Assembly: GCF_009914755.1 (NCBI RefSeq)
Contig: NC_060937.1
Length of the DNA: 64,000 nucleotides
From: the human T2T-CHM13v2.0 reference genome, Homo sapiens
Strand: one strand, 5' to 3'
The notes below the pieces were generated by a model. It ran no database searches and was not told where the DNA came from. It worked only from the letters and a program-made list of their open reading frames with translations. Positions within the stretch are counted from its first letter, which is position 1. Each line of letters opens with the position of its first letter. The position numbers were made by a program, and so were the translations under genes. Below are positions 63,816 to 64,000 of the stretch, piece by piece.

Positions 63816-64000
63816 CTTTGAGATCGTGCTCTCGGCTTCCGGAGCTGCGGTGGCAGCTGCCGAGGGAGGGGACCGTCCCCGCTGTGAGCTAGGCAGAGCT
63901 CCGGAAAGCCCGCGGTCGTCAGCCCGGCTGGCCCGGTGGCGCCAGAGCTGTGGCGCGTCGCTTGTGAGTCACAGCTCTGGCGTGCAGGTTTATGTGGGGG

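Overview
This is human ribosomal DNA: about 1.36 copies of a 46,970-bp tandem rDNA unit. Positions 1-17030 recur at 46971-64000 with no difference I could see. One complete Pol I transcription unit lies on the + strand: TSS 17713, 18S 21368-23236, 5.8S 24319-24475, 28S 25644-30728. It is followed by a terminator region with four Sal-box R-repeats. The intergenic spacer (IGS) contains Alus, two Long Repeats with CT-rich blocks, a third CT block, the CDC27 retro-pseudogene, the RGC p53 site and the CTCF/spacer-promoter region. No functional protein-coding gene is supported; the long ORFs come from low-complexity or GC-rich sequence. The less obvious observations are: (1) a dispersed family of degenerate IGS modules related to the pre-spacer-promoter CTCF site, one carrying an 11-mer identical to the Pol I start; (2) a CDC27 retrocopy that appears to derive from an intron-retaining transcript and has a visible target-site duplication; (3) a recurrent TAA>TCA substitution in many separate Alus; (4) a chimeric extra R-repeat; (5) a 1.13-kb duplication in LR2 whose junctions fall on a cryptic anchor motif. 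All alignments were done by eye, and reference comparisons are from memory.
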